The notes below the pieces were generated by a model. It did no database searches. It was not told the origin of the DNA and worked only from the letters and a program-made list of their open reading frames with translations. A program made the translations under genes and the position numbers. Positions 49,780 through 60,532 of a stretch of DNA of 64,000 nt are shown piece after piece. Source of the stretch: Fusicatenibacter sp. (lineage in GTDB: Bacteria; Bacillota; Clostridia; Lachnospirales; Lachnospiraceae); NCBI GenBank assembly GCA_050872605.1, contig JBNMHD010000009.1; one strand, written 5' to 3'. The number at the start of each line of letters is the position of its first letter. The first letter of the stretch is position 1.

Positions 49780-50367
49780 TTATTTCTCTTCTGCTTCTTC
49801 GGTATCTTCTGCCGGCGCTTCCGCATTGTGGGAAGCCATCAGGCTTACGACGATGGATTCCGGATTGGTCTTTATGGTAATATCCGGGTCAGCGGCCAGG
49901 GACAGATCTTTGACACGGATAACATCACCGATCTTCATTTCTCCGACATCGACCATTACCTGATCGACCAGGGATGCCGGATATGCCATGTAGGCAACCT
50001 CGTTCAGATCCTCCTGCAGAACGCCTTCTGCGATCTTTTCATGGTTTACAAGGACAATTTCCGCAACGGAATGAACTTTCTCGTTGCTGACCAGTGCCTG
50101 GAACTCGATCGAATCAATCTGTCCGGCTACCGGGTTATAATCAACATTTTTGATCAGAACATCGTATGCGGTTCCGTCGACATCCAGCATAATCTGGCTG
50201 CCTTTGTGGTCTGTCTTCAGCAGTTTCTCGACATCTCTTTTTACCATCTTAACTGGAATGGATTCTTTCATCTCTCTGCCGAATACATTGCCGACAACGT
50301 ATCCTTCTCTTCTGAGTCTTTTTGCTTTTACATCCAAACTTCTCTTTTCAGCTTTTAAAGTATTCAT
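49780..50367 (-). CDS. ctc: 50S ribosomal protein L25 / general stress protein Ctc
   Basis: 195 aa with 'LKAEKRS...KAKRLRREGYVVGNVFG' and an acidic C-terminal tail. Confidence 0.9.
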   Translation of the reverse strand: MNTLKAEKRSLDVKAKRLRREGYVVGNVFGREMKESIPVKMVKRDVEKLLKTDHKGSQIMLDVDGTAYDVLIKNVDYNPVAGQIDSIEFQALVSNEKVHSVAEIVLVNHEKIAEGVLQEDLNEVAYMAYPASLVDQVMVDVGEMKIGDVIRVKDLSLAADPDITIKTNPESIVVSLMASHNAEAPAEDTEEAEEK

Positions 50368-50533
50368 TTACCTTTTCCTCCAAAAATCTGATTCTTAGCA
50401 GGCTTCTTATCTTGTGAAGGGTGTTAAGTTTGCTTTGCCTTGTGGCTATGAATAAGTTTCTTGGAACAGGATGTTTGGGAACATGCAAGGAAGCTTTTGT
50501 TTCTTGTTGATTCCCTTTCTTTGTTCTAGCTGT

Positions 50534-50562
50534 AATATAATACTGCAAACAGGATTTGTCAA
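50534..50562 (-). promoter_or_regulatory. sigma-A promoter for ctc (TTGACA-17-TATATT)
   Basis: Consensus hexamers read on the minus strand. They imply a 5' leader of about 160 nt. Confidence 0.6.
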
Positions 50563-50604
50563 CCCATCTTTTTTGATTTCACAATTTCTTCACATTTGCA
50601 GTTT

Positions 50605-51609
50605 TCAGCACGCCTCTTTATACTCCATCAGCTTCTGACGCGCTGTGCGGTTCAGACTGCGCGGTACGGCAATCTCAATCGTTGCATAATGGTCGCCGTG
50701 TACGTTCGCATCTTTCATGGATACCATACCTTTGCCTCGTAGACGGATCTTGCTGCCGGACTGGGTTCCCTCTTTGATCTTGCAGACAACATCTCCGTAC
50801 AGCGTCGAGACACGCGCTTCACCGCCAAAGACTGCCGTTGTGTATGGAATCTGAATCGTCGTATAGATATCCATTCCACGCCGTTCAAAGCCTTTCTTTT
50901 CTTCTACATTGACCCTTAACAGCAGATCGCCGCGACGTCCGTTTGATCCTGCATGGCCTTTGCCGCGCAGGCGGATGCTTTTTCCACTCTCGATACCGGC
51001 CGGGATTTTAACCAGCAGCGTATTGGTCGTTCCGTCCGGATTCCGCAGGGTAATCTGTTTTTCACAGCCCGATGCCGCTTCCTCCAGGCGGATCGAAACC
51101 TCAGCGTGCAGATCCAGATCCTCAGCTGTACCACGACCGGAAAATGCATCCTCAAACGGATGTCGGCTGTTCCCGGACCGTGTATACCGCTCGCTTCCGA
51201 ATCCGCGGCTTTTACCATGAAACATCTGATCAAAGAAATCGCCGAACATGTCATCTGCGTTTCCTTCAAAATGAAATTCGTGATAGCCACCGTTGTTTCC
51301 ACTTCCGCCGAACGGGTTTCCATATGCACTGCCGTACGGATTTCCGCCGCCCTGCTGGCTGTACGCGCCGGCTCCCTGGTCGAACGCCGCGAATCCGAAC
51401 TGATCGTATATTTTCTTCTTTTCCGGATCGCTTAAGACAGAATACGCTTCTGTCACTTCCTTAAATTTCTTTTCCGCATCCGGGTTTCCCGCATTCGTAT
51501 CGGGATGATATTTTTTCGCCAGTTTCCGGTATGCACGCTTGATTTCTTTTTCATCTGCATTCCGGCTGACGCCTAATACTTCATAATAATCTCTCTTTGT
51601 TTCCATCAT
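50605..51609 (-). CDS. J-domain co-chaperone, CbpA-like (type II; no zinc finger)
   Basis: About 334 aa from the ATG at 51609, 6 nt after GGAGG. '[31 protein letters not shown]', a G/F-rich region and two C-terminal beta domains. No CxxCxGxG repeats. Confidence 0.85.
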   Translation of the reverse strand: MMETKRDYYEVLGVSRNADEKEIKRAYRKLAKKYHPDTNAGNPDAEKKFKEVTEAYSVLSDPEKKKIYDQFGFAAFDQGAGAYSQQGGGNPYGSAYGNPFGGSGNNGGYHEFHFEGNADDMFGDFFDQMFHGKSRGFGSERYTRSGNSRHPFEDAFSGRGTAEDLDLHAEVSIRLEEAASGCEKQITLRNPDGTTNTLLVKIPAGIESGKSIRLRGKGHAGSNGRRGDLLLRVNVEEKKGFERRGMDIYTTIQIPYTTAVFGGEARVSTLYGDVVCKIKEGTQSGSKIRLRGKGMVSMKDANVHGDHYATIEIAVPRSLNRTARQKLMEYKEAC

Positions 51610-51822
51610 CAGGCACCTCCAGTCAAGCCTTTTCCTGATTTCCCAGGTGAACAATTCCTGGCTCTTTTTATCTGTTCTATTCGTACTATAACACGCATTT
51701 TTCGCACTGTCAATTCTTTTCACGGAAGATTCAAAATTCCTATACGAATTGAAAAAACTGCCGTGCACTGTTACAATAAGAGATATCCAATTCTCACGAT
51801 TTTTTATGGAGGTACTTGATTG

Positions 51823-53025
51823 ATGCATTCCATTTTCTGGTTCCGCATCCGGCAGTGGGTGTTGAGCCACGTTCTTCATCTGACAGAGCATAAGAAACAG
51901 ACACTCCTTGCAGCACCGGATGCCGTTCTGCAGCTCCCCGCGTTATTCCGGAAACGCCGGATCTCCCGGATTCTCCTGGTGACTACCCCAGGCTTTATCC
52001 GCCGCGGAACACTGACGTCTCTGCTGGATGGCTGTAAAAAAGAAAACATTTCCGTCACCATTTTCTCCGAAATCGCCCCGGATCCGCAGATCGAGAGCGT
52101 GGAACAGGGTTTCCGTCTTTATCAGCAGATTCAGGCGCAGGCTATCCTCGCCATCGGCGGCGGATCCGTTCTCGATGCAGCAAAGCTGATCGGTGCCCGC
52201 GTCTGCTGTCCGAAAAAGACGGTTCCTGCGATGCGGGGCCTCCTGAAAGTCCGTCGGAAACTTCCACAGCTGTTTGCCGTGCCGACGACAGCCGGAACCG
52301 GTTCAGAGGCAACGGCGGCAGCTGTCATCACAGACTGTATCGACGGGAAACCATACAAATACGCCGTCAATGACCTCTGTCTGATCCCGGATACGGCAGT
52401 TCTCGATCCGCAGCTTACGATCAGCCTCCCGTCCTCTATGACCGCAGATACCGGTATGGATGCCCTGACCCATGCCATGGAAGCTTTTCTTAACCTCTTC
52501 GCTTCCCGCAGCGTGCAGAACGCATCCATTGAGGCTGTCTGTGAAATCTTCCATGCCCTGCCCGAAGTCTGGCGAGACGGCACCCATCTTGCCGCACGGC
52601 AGGAAATGCTTCATGCATCGTATCTGGCCGGTTTCGCTTTTACCAACAACTTTGTCGGCTACGTCCATGCCATTGCCCACGCCGTCGGCGCACTGTACCA
52701 CATTCCGCACGGAAGAGCCAACGCGGTTCTGCTGCCTGCTGTTCTGCGCGAATACGGTTCCTGCATTACGCCTAAACTTGCCGTTCTCGCCGATGCGCTT
52801 TCTCTCGGCGGAGATACCGTTTCTGAAAAGGCTGAGCGGATGATTGCAGCTATCGAGGCTATGCGCGATTCGTTTGACATTCCATCCACTCTGCCGCACC
52901 TTTCGCCGAATGATTACACAGAAATAGCACGCCGTGCTTTAAAAGAAGCAAATCCCACCTACCCTGTTCCGCAGATCTGGGATTCTGAAAAAATCTTTTC
53001 TGTGCTCCGCCGTGTACAATCCTAA
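51823..53025 (+). CDS. iron-containing alcohol dehydrogenase family protein
   Basis: About 400 aa with '[10 protein letters not shown]' and the metal site '[16 protein letters not shown]'. The ATG at 51823 is 9 nt after GGAGGT. Confidence 0.85.
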   Translation: MHSIFWFRIRQWVLSHVLHLTEHKKQTLLAAPDAVLQLPALFRKRRISRILLVTTPGFIRRGTLTSLLDGCKKENISVTIFSEIAPDPQIESVEQGFRLYQQIQAQAILAIGGGSVLDAAKLIGARVCCPKKTVPAMRGLLKVRRKLPQLFAVPTTAGTGSEATAAAVITDCIDGKPYKYAVNDLCLIPDTAVLDPQLTISLPSSMTADTGMDALTHAMEAFLNLFASRSVQNASIEAVCEIFHALPEVWRDGTHLAARQEMLHASYLAGFAFTNNFVGYVHAIAHAVGALYHIPHGRANAVLLPAVLREYGSCITPKLAVLADALSLGGDTVSEKAERMIAAIEAMRDSFDIPSTLPHLSPNDYTEIARRALKEANPTYPVPQIWDSEKIFSVLRRVQS

Positions 53026-53109
53026 AGCCGCTGTTTTCTCGAATTAAATTTGACAGAACGCAAAAAACATGGTAATTTATTAGAGATATCGCATAGAGGA
53101 GTGAATAAA

Positions 53110-53589
53110 ATGAATAAAAGAACCATGAAAAAAATGGCCAAAGCGAAACAGCAGGCTGCAGAAGCTGCAAAAACAGCGGAAACCGTTGTAAAGACAGCGG
53201 CACCGGCAAAAGAAGTAAAACCAACGACTGAAAAAACCTTACATACAGAAGCAGCCGAAGGAAAAGCAGAAGCTGCAAAAGAGCCGAAAAAAGCAATCAA
53301 AAAAGAAACCGTTAAAAAAACAGTAAAAAAGGAGACCACGGAAACCATGGCAGAAGCAACCAAAACCCCACGCAAAATGACAAAAGTATCTGATACCGTT
53401 CTTGAGATCTTCGAGACAAAAGTATCCATGAAAGACCTCGAAGCAGTCATCAAAAAAGAAGTAAAAGCAAACGGATTAAAAGGCGAGATCAAAATCTACC
53501 TGAACGCAGAGCAGAGAGCCGCTTACTACACCGTAGACGGACAGGGATCTGACGATTTCAAAGTAGATCTGACCACTCTTGCTGAATAA
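53110..53589 (+). CDS. Lys/Ala/Glu/Thr-rich small protein with a folded C-terminal domain (DUF6465-like from memory, unverified)
   Basis: 159 aa from the ATG at 53110, which follows AGAGGAG. The N-terminal ~95 aa are low-complexity and basic. The C-terminal part, 'VLEIFETKVSMKDLEAVIKKEV...IKIYLNAEQRAAYYTVDG', looks globular. Confidence 0.6.
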   Translation: MNKRTMKKMAKAKQQAAEAAKTAETVVKTAAPAKEVKPTTEKTLHTEAAEGKAEAAKEPKKAIKKETVKKTVKKETTETMAEATKTPRKMTKVSDTVLEIFETKVSMKDLEAVIKKEVKANGLKGEIKIYLNAEQRAAYYTVDGQGSDDFKVDLTTLAE

Positions 53590-53629
53590 TTTTTCTGTCA
53601 GCTGATCTATCAGAACAGACCAAAAGCGG

Positions 53630-53677
53630 CATGTCCGAAACAAAGTCTTCCGGATTTTGTTTCGGGCATGTTTTTTG
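53630..53677 (+). terminator. rho-independent terminator
   Basis: 15-bp stem CATGTCCGAAACAAA / TTTGTTTCGGGCATG (one mismatch) followed by TTTTTTGC. Confidence 0.8.
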
Positions 53678-53718
53678 CTGTCTGTTCCCAAAACTAAAAA
53701 ACGACAAGGTATTTTTCT

Positions 53719-55104
53719 ATGAAAACTGTAAACCATCTCGGAACCGACCCGATCGGAAAGCTGGTTCCCCGTATTGCTTTTCCGAGCATGCTGGCACAGT
53801 TCGTGAGTGTTCTGTACAGCATTGTAGACCGTATGTACATCGGCCATATTGTCTCTGTCGGTGATCTGGCGCTCGCGGGTGTCGGCGTCTGCGGTCCCAT
53901 TCTCACCATGATCGGCGCGTTCTCCTCCCTCATCGGGGTCGGCGGCGCACCGCTGCTCGGCATCCGGCTCGGAGAGAAAAATAAAAAAGAAGCATCCCGC
54001 ATCCTGGCCAATGCGTTTCTGATGCTTGTTTCCCTGTCCCTCGTTCTGACAGCCGCGGCGCTTTTTTTAACCCGCCCGATGCTGATGGCATTCGGAGCCA
54101 GCACCGTTACGTATCCTTACGCCAGAGCCTATTTTATGATCTACGTTTCCGGCTCTTTGTTTGCACTTTTATCGACCGGCCTGAACCAGTTTGTGATCTG
54201 CCAGGGCTTTGCCAGTGAGGGAATGAAATCTGTTCTGCTAGGTGCCGTCCTGAATCTGCTGCTGGACCCTGTGTTTATCTTCGTTCTGCATCTCGGCGTG
54301 CGCGGCGCGGCAATTGCAACCGTGCTCTCCCAGATCGCAAGCTGTCTGTATGTGCTGCATATTCTGTTCGGAAAGACGATTCCGATCCGCATCACCTTCG
54401 GCGGGTATTCATTTGCGATCATGAAACGCATTCTGACAGTCGGTTTTACTCCGTTTCTAATCATTGCCATCGACAATGTGATGATCATTGCGATGAACGC
54501 CGTCCTGCAGCGATATGCACCCGCCGGACAGGGAGACAGCTTCATCACCTGTGCAACGATCGTTCAGAGCTTTATGCTGATTATTACGATGCCGCTCGGC
54601 GGAATCAGCGGCGGAACGCAGTCAATCCTCGCATACAATTATGGAGCTGGAAATTCCAGGCGTATTCTCGAGGCACAGAAAACCATCATCGCACTCTGTG
54701 CCGGATTTACGACCTTGATGTTCCTCGTCTCCAATGCCGCCGGAACGCTGTTTGCGCAGCTTTTTACTTTCGATCCGCAGATCGTCTCGATGGTGGTCCG
54801 CGCGATCCATATTTCGACACTCTCAGTCATTCCGCTCGGCATTCAGTACGAGATTGTAGACGGCTTTACTGCAATGGGCTGCGTGCGCTATTCGTTTGCA
54901 CTCTCCTTCTTCCGGAAATTCGTCTACTTTACCGCTCTGTTTCTTCTGCCGCGGTTCTTTGCACTGGAAAACATCTTCTACGTGGAACCTATTTCCGACC
55001 TGATCGGGCCGGTTGTCTCAATGATCGTTTACTGGACTTCGATTCAGAAGATTCTGAAACAGCGGGAAGAGGCGGTACGGCTGATGCACACAAAAAAAGC
55101 ATAA
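53719..55104 (+). CDS. MATE-family efflux transporter
   Basis: 461 aa with 12 predicted TM segments, an internal two-fold repeat and the N-terminal 'PIGKLV..IAFPSMLAQ' MATE pattern. Confidence 0.85.
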   Translation: MKTVNHLGTDPIGKLVPRIAFPSMLAQFVSVLYSIVDRMYIGHIVSVGDLALAGVGVCGPILTMIGAFSSLIGVGGAPLLGIRLGEKNKKEASRILANAFLMLVSLSLVLTAAALFLTRPMLMAFGASTVTYPYARAYFMIYVSGSLFALLSTGLNQFVICQGFASEGMKSVLLGAVLNLLLDPVFIFVLHLGVRGAAIATVLSQIASCLYVLHILFGKTIPIRITFGGYSFAIMKRILTVGFTPFLIIAIDNVMIIAMNAVLQRYAPAGQGDSFITCATIVQSFMLIITMPLGGISGGTQSILAYNYGAGNSRRILEAQKTIIALCAGFTTLMFLVSNAAGTLFAQLFTFDPQIVSMVVRAIHISTLSVIPLGIQYEIVDGFTAMGCVRYSFALSFFRKFVYFTALFLLPRFFALENIFYVEPISDLIGPVVSMIVYWTSIQKILKQREEAVRLMHTKKA

Positions 55105-55116
55105 AAAATCTCATAT

Positions 55117-55179
55117 CAAAAAAGCTGTTCTTTTCCGCGGAGTTTTCAAAACTCTCACCAGAAAAGAACAGCTTTTTCT
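55117..55179. terminator. bidirectional terminator between the MATE gene and hisJ
   Basis: Perfect 13-bp stem AGCTGTTCTTTTC / GAAAAGAACAGCT flanked by an A-tract and a T-tract. Confidence 0.85.
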
Positions 55180-55186
55180 GCTTCTG

Positions 55187-55960
55187 TTAAAATGTCTTCG
55201 GCATCGGAACGGTTTCCTGTACTTTCAGACCGTATTTTGCTGCCAACTGCAGTGCCTTCTGTTCCGTCTCCGGATTCCAGACGGCTTTCGGCGTATGGGC
55301 ATCACAGCCGAAAACGGCGGTGTTTCCTTCTTCGCCGGCGATCTTCCAGAACTTCTCGTTCGGATACCATCTTTCTTCCATCAGACCAAGGAAATTGATC
55401 TCCAGCGGAATGTTTCTCTTTTTCACCTCACGGCAGAGTCTCCGGTATTCCCGGTCGAACACTGCTTCGTCGCCGTTGAATAAAAAGAGATCCGGGTGTG
55501 CCAGATACAGGTATTTTCCGGTATCGATGCCTGCCAGGCACTGGTCCACATACTGTTTCAGGTAGCTTCCGTCTGTTGTTCCATGGCCGCTGTAGAGAAT
55601 CTTTTCGATCTCATTTCCCAGGCTATGCTGGCCAAGCACAAAGTACTCAAACGGATAGTCCGACAAAAAATCAATCAGCTGATCCCAGAATCTCGGGAAA
55701 TACTCTGTTTCGAGTCCGAGATGGATTTCAATATCCTTGTCATACTCTTTTTTCAATGCCAGCACGGTGTCTACATAGCCTTCCACCTGATCGAGCCGCA
55801 TCCGCATGCCGGAATCGTAGCCGTCCGGGAACGGATAAGGCGAATGGTCGGAAAAACCGAGAATTTTAAGGCCGCCCTCAATCGCGCGCTCCACATACTC
55901 CCGCTCCGTTCCGTCCGCATGGCGGCACCGCCATGTATGGGTATGGTAATTTGCAATCAT
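55187..55960 (-). CDS. hisJ: histidinol-phosphatase, HisJ family (PHP domain)
   Basis: 257 aa with 'NYHTHTWRCRHA', 'GFSDHSP', 'YLAHPD' and 'GCDAH' PHP metal-ligand motifs. Confidence 0.8.
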   Translation of the reverse strand: MIANYHTHTWRCRHADGTEREYVERAIEGGLKILGFSDHSPYPFPDGYDSGMRMRLDQVEGYVDTVLALKKEYDKDIEIHLGLETEYFPRFWDQLIDFLSDYPFEYFVLGQHSLGNEIEKILYSGHGTTDGSYLKQYVDQCLAGIDTGKYLYLAHPDLFLFNGDEAVFDREYRRLCREVKKRNIPLEINFLGLMEERWYPNEKFWKIAGEEGNTAVFGCDAHTPKAVWNPETEQKALQLAAKYGLKVQETVPMPKTF

Positions 55961-55987
55961 GATCTGTAACCTTCTTTATTTTGTATC

Positions 55988-56845
55988 TTATTCTGCTGCT
56001 TCTTTGGAGATATCCGTTCCAAAATATTTTTCCGAAAGCTCTGTCAGAGTTCCGTCTTCTGCGAGCTCGCCAAGTGCTTTGTTGACTGCTTCGAGCAGTG
56101 TCTTGGTCTCATCACCTTTTTTCATCGGAATGCCGACTTTGGTGGATTCCGGATCGAGGCATGCAATTTTGATCTCTGCATCCGGGTGTGCTTTCATATA
56201 ATCGTAATACGTTACCTCTGCGTTCAGAGTTGCATCGATACGGCCGCTTAAGAGAAGCTCGAAAGTCTGCTCCAGATCGTCAACACCGGTAACAGTTGCG
56301 CCGTATTTCTCGGCAACTTCTGCATACGTACTGGAAATGGTGTTTGCAGTGCTCTTTCCGTCGAGATCCTCCATGGACTGGATTTCATCGTTAGCAGAGT
56401 TTACGATAACAGCGGTGCGGTTGTATGCATACGGATCGGAAAAGCTGTATTTCTCAGCGCGCTCCTCCGTAATATCTACGCCGTTTACCATGATATCATA
56501 CCGGCCGGAATCGATTCCTGCAAGAAGGCCGTCCCACTCACCCTCTACAAAGGTTGCTTTCACGCCGAGTTTTTCTGCGATCTGCTGTGCCACTTCTACG
56601 TCGTATCCAACCAGGTTGTCGTCCTCATCGTGATATGTCCACGGTGCCCAGGTTCCTTCCATTGCTACAACGATCTCACCCTTGCTCTGGATCTGCTCTA
56701 AAAGATCCCCAGACGCACTTGCGGAAGATGCTGCTGCAGAGGAAGAATCACTGCTGTTATCTGCTGTGCCGTTTCCGCATCCGGTCAGTAAAAAGGATGA
56801 TGTCAGGATACCTGCCAGAAATACTGCTGCCATTTTCTTTTTCAT
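55988..56845 (-). CDS. amino-acid ABC transporter substrate-binding lipoprotein
   Basis: About 285 aa from the ATG at 56845. Lipobox 'LLTGC' and family-3 SBP motifs 'VAMEGTWAPW' and 'GLLAGIDSGRYDIMVNG'. Confidence 0.85.
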   Translation of the reverse strand: MKKKMAAVFLAGILTSSFLLTGCGNGTADNSSDSSSAAASSASASGDLLEQIQSKGEIVVAMEGTWAPWTYHDEDDNLVGYDVEVAQQIAEKLGVKATFVEGEWDGLLAGIDSGRYDIMVNGVDITEERAEKYSFSDPYAYNRTAVIVNSANDEIQSMEDLDGKSTANTISSTYAEVAEKYGATVTGVDDLEQTFELLLSGRIDATLNAEVTYYDYMKAHPDAEIKIACLDPESTKVGIPMKKGDETKTLLEAVNKALGELAEDGTLTELSEKYFGTDISKEAAE

Positions 56846-56967
56846 AATATTCGCCACTCCTTTTTTGTTTTGTTCTGGAAGAAGCTGCCTTTGCTTCTTC
56901 TGTTTTCTTTATTGCAAACTGTCCGGATTCCGTGCTCCGGGCAGGATTTGCCGCTTTGCGGGATACC

Positions 56968-57711
56968 TTACTCGTAATGCTGTTCAATATTCTGCAAAAA
57001 TGTTCTCGTCCGCTCTTCCCGCGGATTTGCAAAAAATTCCTTCGACGGACCTTCCTCAACGACAACGCCGTTTTCCATAAAGACAACTTTGTTCGAAACG
57101 TTTCTTGCAAAGCCCATCTCATGCGTGACAACGAGCATCGTCATTCCCTCTTTGGCAAGCTGGCGCATAACACCAAGCACCTCGCCGGTCAGCTCCGGGT
57201 CGAGTGCTGAGGTCGGCTCATCAAAATAGATAATTTCCGGATCGGTTGCCAGTGCACGGGCGATTGCCACCCTCTGCTGCTGTCCGCCGGAAAGCTGATG
57301 CGGATAGTAGTCCGCACGGTCCAGCATGCCTACTTTTTCAAGCGCTGCACGCGCTTTTTCCTCCGCCCTGGTTTTTGGCATTTTTCTGCCGATGATCAGG
57401 CCCTCGGTTACGTTATGAAGGGCTGTTTTATTCAGGAACAGGTTATAGTTCTGAAATACAAATGCGGTTTTCTGACGGATCGCCGCGATGTCTTTTTTGC
57501 TGATGTTGTGAAACGGATATTCTTTCCCGTCAAAAATCAGGCTGCCGCCGTCCGCATGCTCCAGAAAGTTGACACAGCGCAGCATCGTCGTTTTTCCCGA
57601 ACCGCTCGGACCGAGGATTGCAACAACATCGCCCTGGTTTACTTTTAAATCTACACCTTTTAATACTTCCAGGCTGCCGAACGCTTTCTCTAATCCTTTA
57701 ATTTCCAGCAT
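56968..57711 (-). CDS. amino-acid ABC transporter ATP-binding protein
   Basis: Walker A 'GPSGSGKTT', signature 'LSGGQQQRVAIARAL' and Walker B 'IIYFDEPTSALD'. Confidence 0.95.
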   Translation of the reverse strand: MLEIKGLEKAFGSLEVLKGVDLKVNQGDVVAILGPSGSGKTTMLRCVNFLEHADGGSLIFDGKEYPFHNISKKDIAAIRQKTAFVFQNYNLFLNKTALHNVTEGLIIGRKMPKTRAEEKARAALEKVGMLDRADYYPHQLSGGQQQRVAIARALATDPEIIYFDEPTSALDPELTGEVLGVMRQLAKEGMTMLVVTHEMGFARNVSNKVVFMENGVVVEEGPSKEFFANPREERTRTFLQNIEQHYE

Positions 57712-57714
57712 GGC

Positions 57715-58389
57715 TTATTCCCCTTTTTTCTGATATGTACTCAGTTTCTTCTCTCCGATTCCCTGCAGCTTCGTGAGCACGGTGGAGAACAGCAGGTAGA
57801 TCAGTCCTACTTCAATATACAGTGCCAGCGGCTCATGGGTGCGCGCTACAATTCGCTGCGTTACCATAAACATCTCCGTCACGGTGATATTTGCGGCAAG
57901 GGAAGTATCCTTTACCATGGCGATCAGAGAGTTGGAAAGCGGTGGGAACGCGGTGCGCATTGCCTGCGGAAGAATGATTCTCCGCATGATCTGCAGATAC
58001 GACATGCCGACGCAGTAACCGGCTTCGAGCTGGCCTGCCGGAACGGCTTCCAGGGCCGCACGCATCGTCTCGGCACTGTAGGCGCCCTCATTCAGGGAAA
58101 AGACGAGAACTGCCGCCGGAAACGGATCGATCAGAATACCGGCGCGCGGAAGTCCGTAAAACACAACAAAAAGCTGGACCAGAAGCGGGGTTCCGCGGAA
58201 AATCCAGATATAGAAACGTGCAATCTGACGAAGGCCTTTGATGTTTGCAAACTGTACCATAGCCATTGCCGTCGCAATTACAAGTGCAATGGAAAACGAG
58301 ATTACAGTAAGCGGAATCGTCACCTTAAGGCCCGGCAGAAAGATTTTCCAGAAAGAATCCAGAAGAATATTCCATAATCTTTCGCTCAT
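57715..58389 (-). CDS. amino-acid ABC transporter permease (His/Glu/Gln/Arg/opine family)
   Basis: 224 aa with 5 TM segments and the EAA-type loop 'EGAYSAETMRAALEAVPAGQLEAG'. Confidence 0.9.
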   Translation of the reverse strand: MSERLWNILLDSFWKIFLPGLKVTIPLTVISFSIALVIATAMAMVQFANIKGLRQIARFYIWIFRGTPLLVQLFVVFYGLPRAGILIDPFPAAVLVFSLNEGAYSAETMRAALEAVPAGQLEAGYCVGMSYLQIMRRIILPQAMRTAFPPLSNSLIAMVKDTSLAANITVTEMFMVTQRIVARTHEPLALYIEVGLIYLLFSTVLTKLQGIGEKKLSTYQKKGE

Positions 58390-58604
58390 TTCGATATATC
58401 CCCCTTATTTTACATTTTCGAAAATTGCTATGGATAGGATAACACTTCAAGTCCGCTTCAAGTCAAGTGTTTTTTCATATACCCCTCCCCCGCATGCAAG
58501 AATCCCCGGGAAACACGTTTTTCAACGGCCCCGGGGACTCTTATTTATGGTTGGTTTTAAGAGGAAGGATCTTGTCTTTTTTATGGTATTATGTTATTTA
58601 CTGC

Positions 58605-60017
<1,413 letters not shown>

Positions 60018-60026
60018 CTATGATTC

Positions 60027-60054
60027 ATTATAACTAATTTTTTAAAAATTGCAA
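60027..60054 (-). promoter_or_regulatory. sigma-A promoter for eno (TTGCAA-16-TATAAT)
   Basis: Hexamers at 60049-60054 and 60027-60032. They imply a leader of about 115 nt that contains a 10-bp hairpin at 59944-59977. Confidence 0.6.
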
Positions 60055-60103
60055 GTGGGTAAAGTGATACTTTTTCTCAGAAATGCAAAATGTTTTTCTG
60101 TTC

Positions 60104-60532
60104 TTATTTTTCCTGTTTCAATGCCTCTTCCAGCGTATGCCATCCAAGCACTGCACATTTCACTCTTGCCGGCATGTGGGAGATATCTTTCAGTGCACCA
60201 GCCTCCTCGAGTTCGTCAATCTCCTCGTCGGATGCTTCTCCTTTGATCATGCGCAGAAACAGATTTCCCAGGCGCAGTGCCTCGTCCTTCGTCTTTCCGA
60301 TGATCATGCCGAACATAATGTCCGCCGATGCCTGCGAAATCGCACAGCCGTCGCCCACGAACGCACCGTCCGTGATCACATCGCCGTCGACTTTTAATTT
60401 CAGCCAGATATCATCGCCGCAGCTTGGGTTGACGCCCTCGAGTACGATGTCCGCATCCGGCAGATCATGCTTGAATTCCGGACGCAGATTGTGCTCCGTC
60501 AAAATTTCGTTATAAAATCCTCTACTCTCCAT
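60104..60532 (-). CDS. sufU: SUF-system Fe-S cluster scaffold/sulfur acceptor SufU (NifU/IscU-like)
   Basis: About 142 aa from the ATG at 60532, with 'NPSCGDDI', 'GDGCAISQAS' and 'ARVKCAVL'. It overlaps the sufS 3' end by 11 nt. Confidence 0.9.
   Translation of the reverse strand: MESRGFYNEILTEHNLRPEFKHDLPDADIVLEGVNPSCGDDIWLKLKVDGDVITDGAFVGDGCAISQASADIMFGMIIGKTKDEALRLGNLFLRMIKGEASDEEIDELEEAGALKDISHMPARVKCAVLGWHTLEEALKQEK

Noticed and set aside
53022-53492. Minus-strand ORFs of 156 and 145 aa (52859-53296) opposite the Lys-rich small protein.
   Set aside because: They are mirror images of a low-complexity AAG/GCA-rich coding region and translate to Phe/Leu/Ser repeats. They have no RBS.
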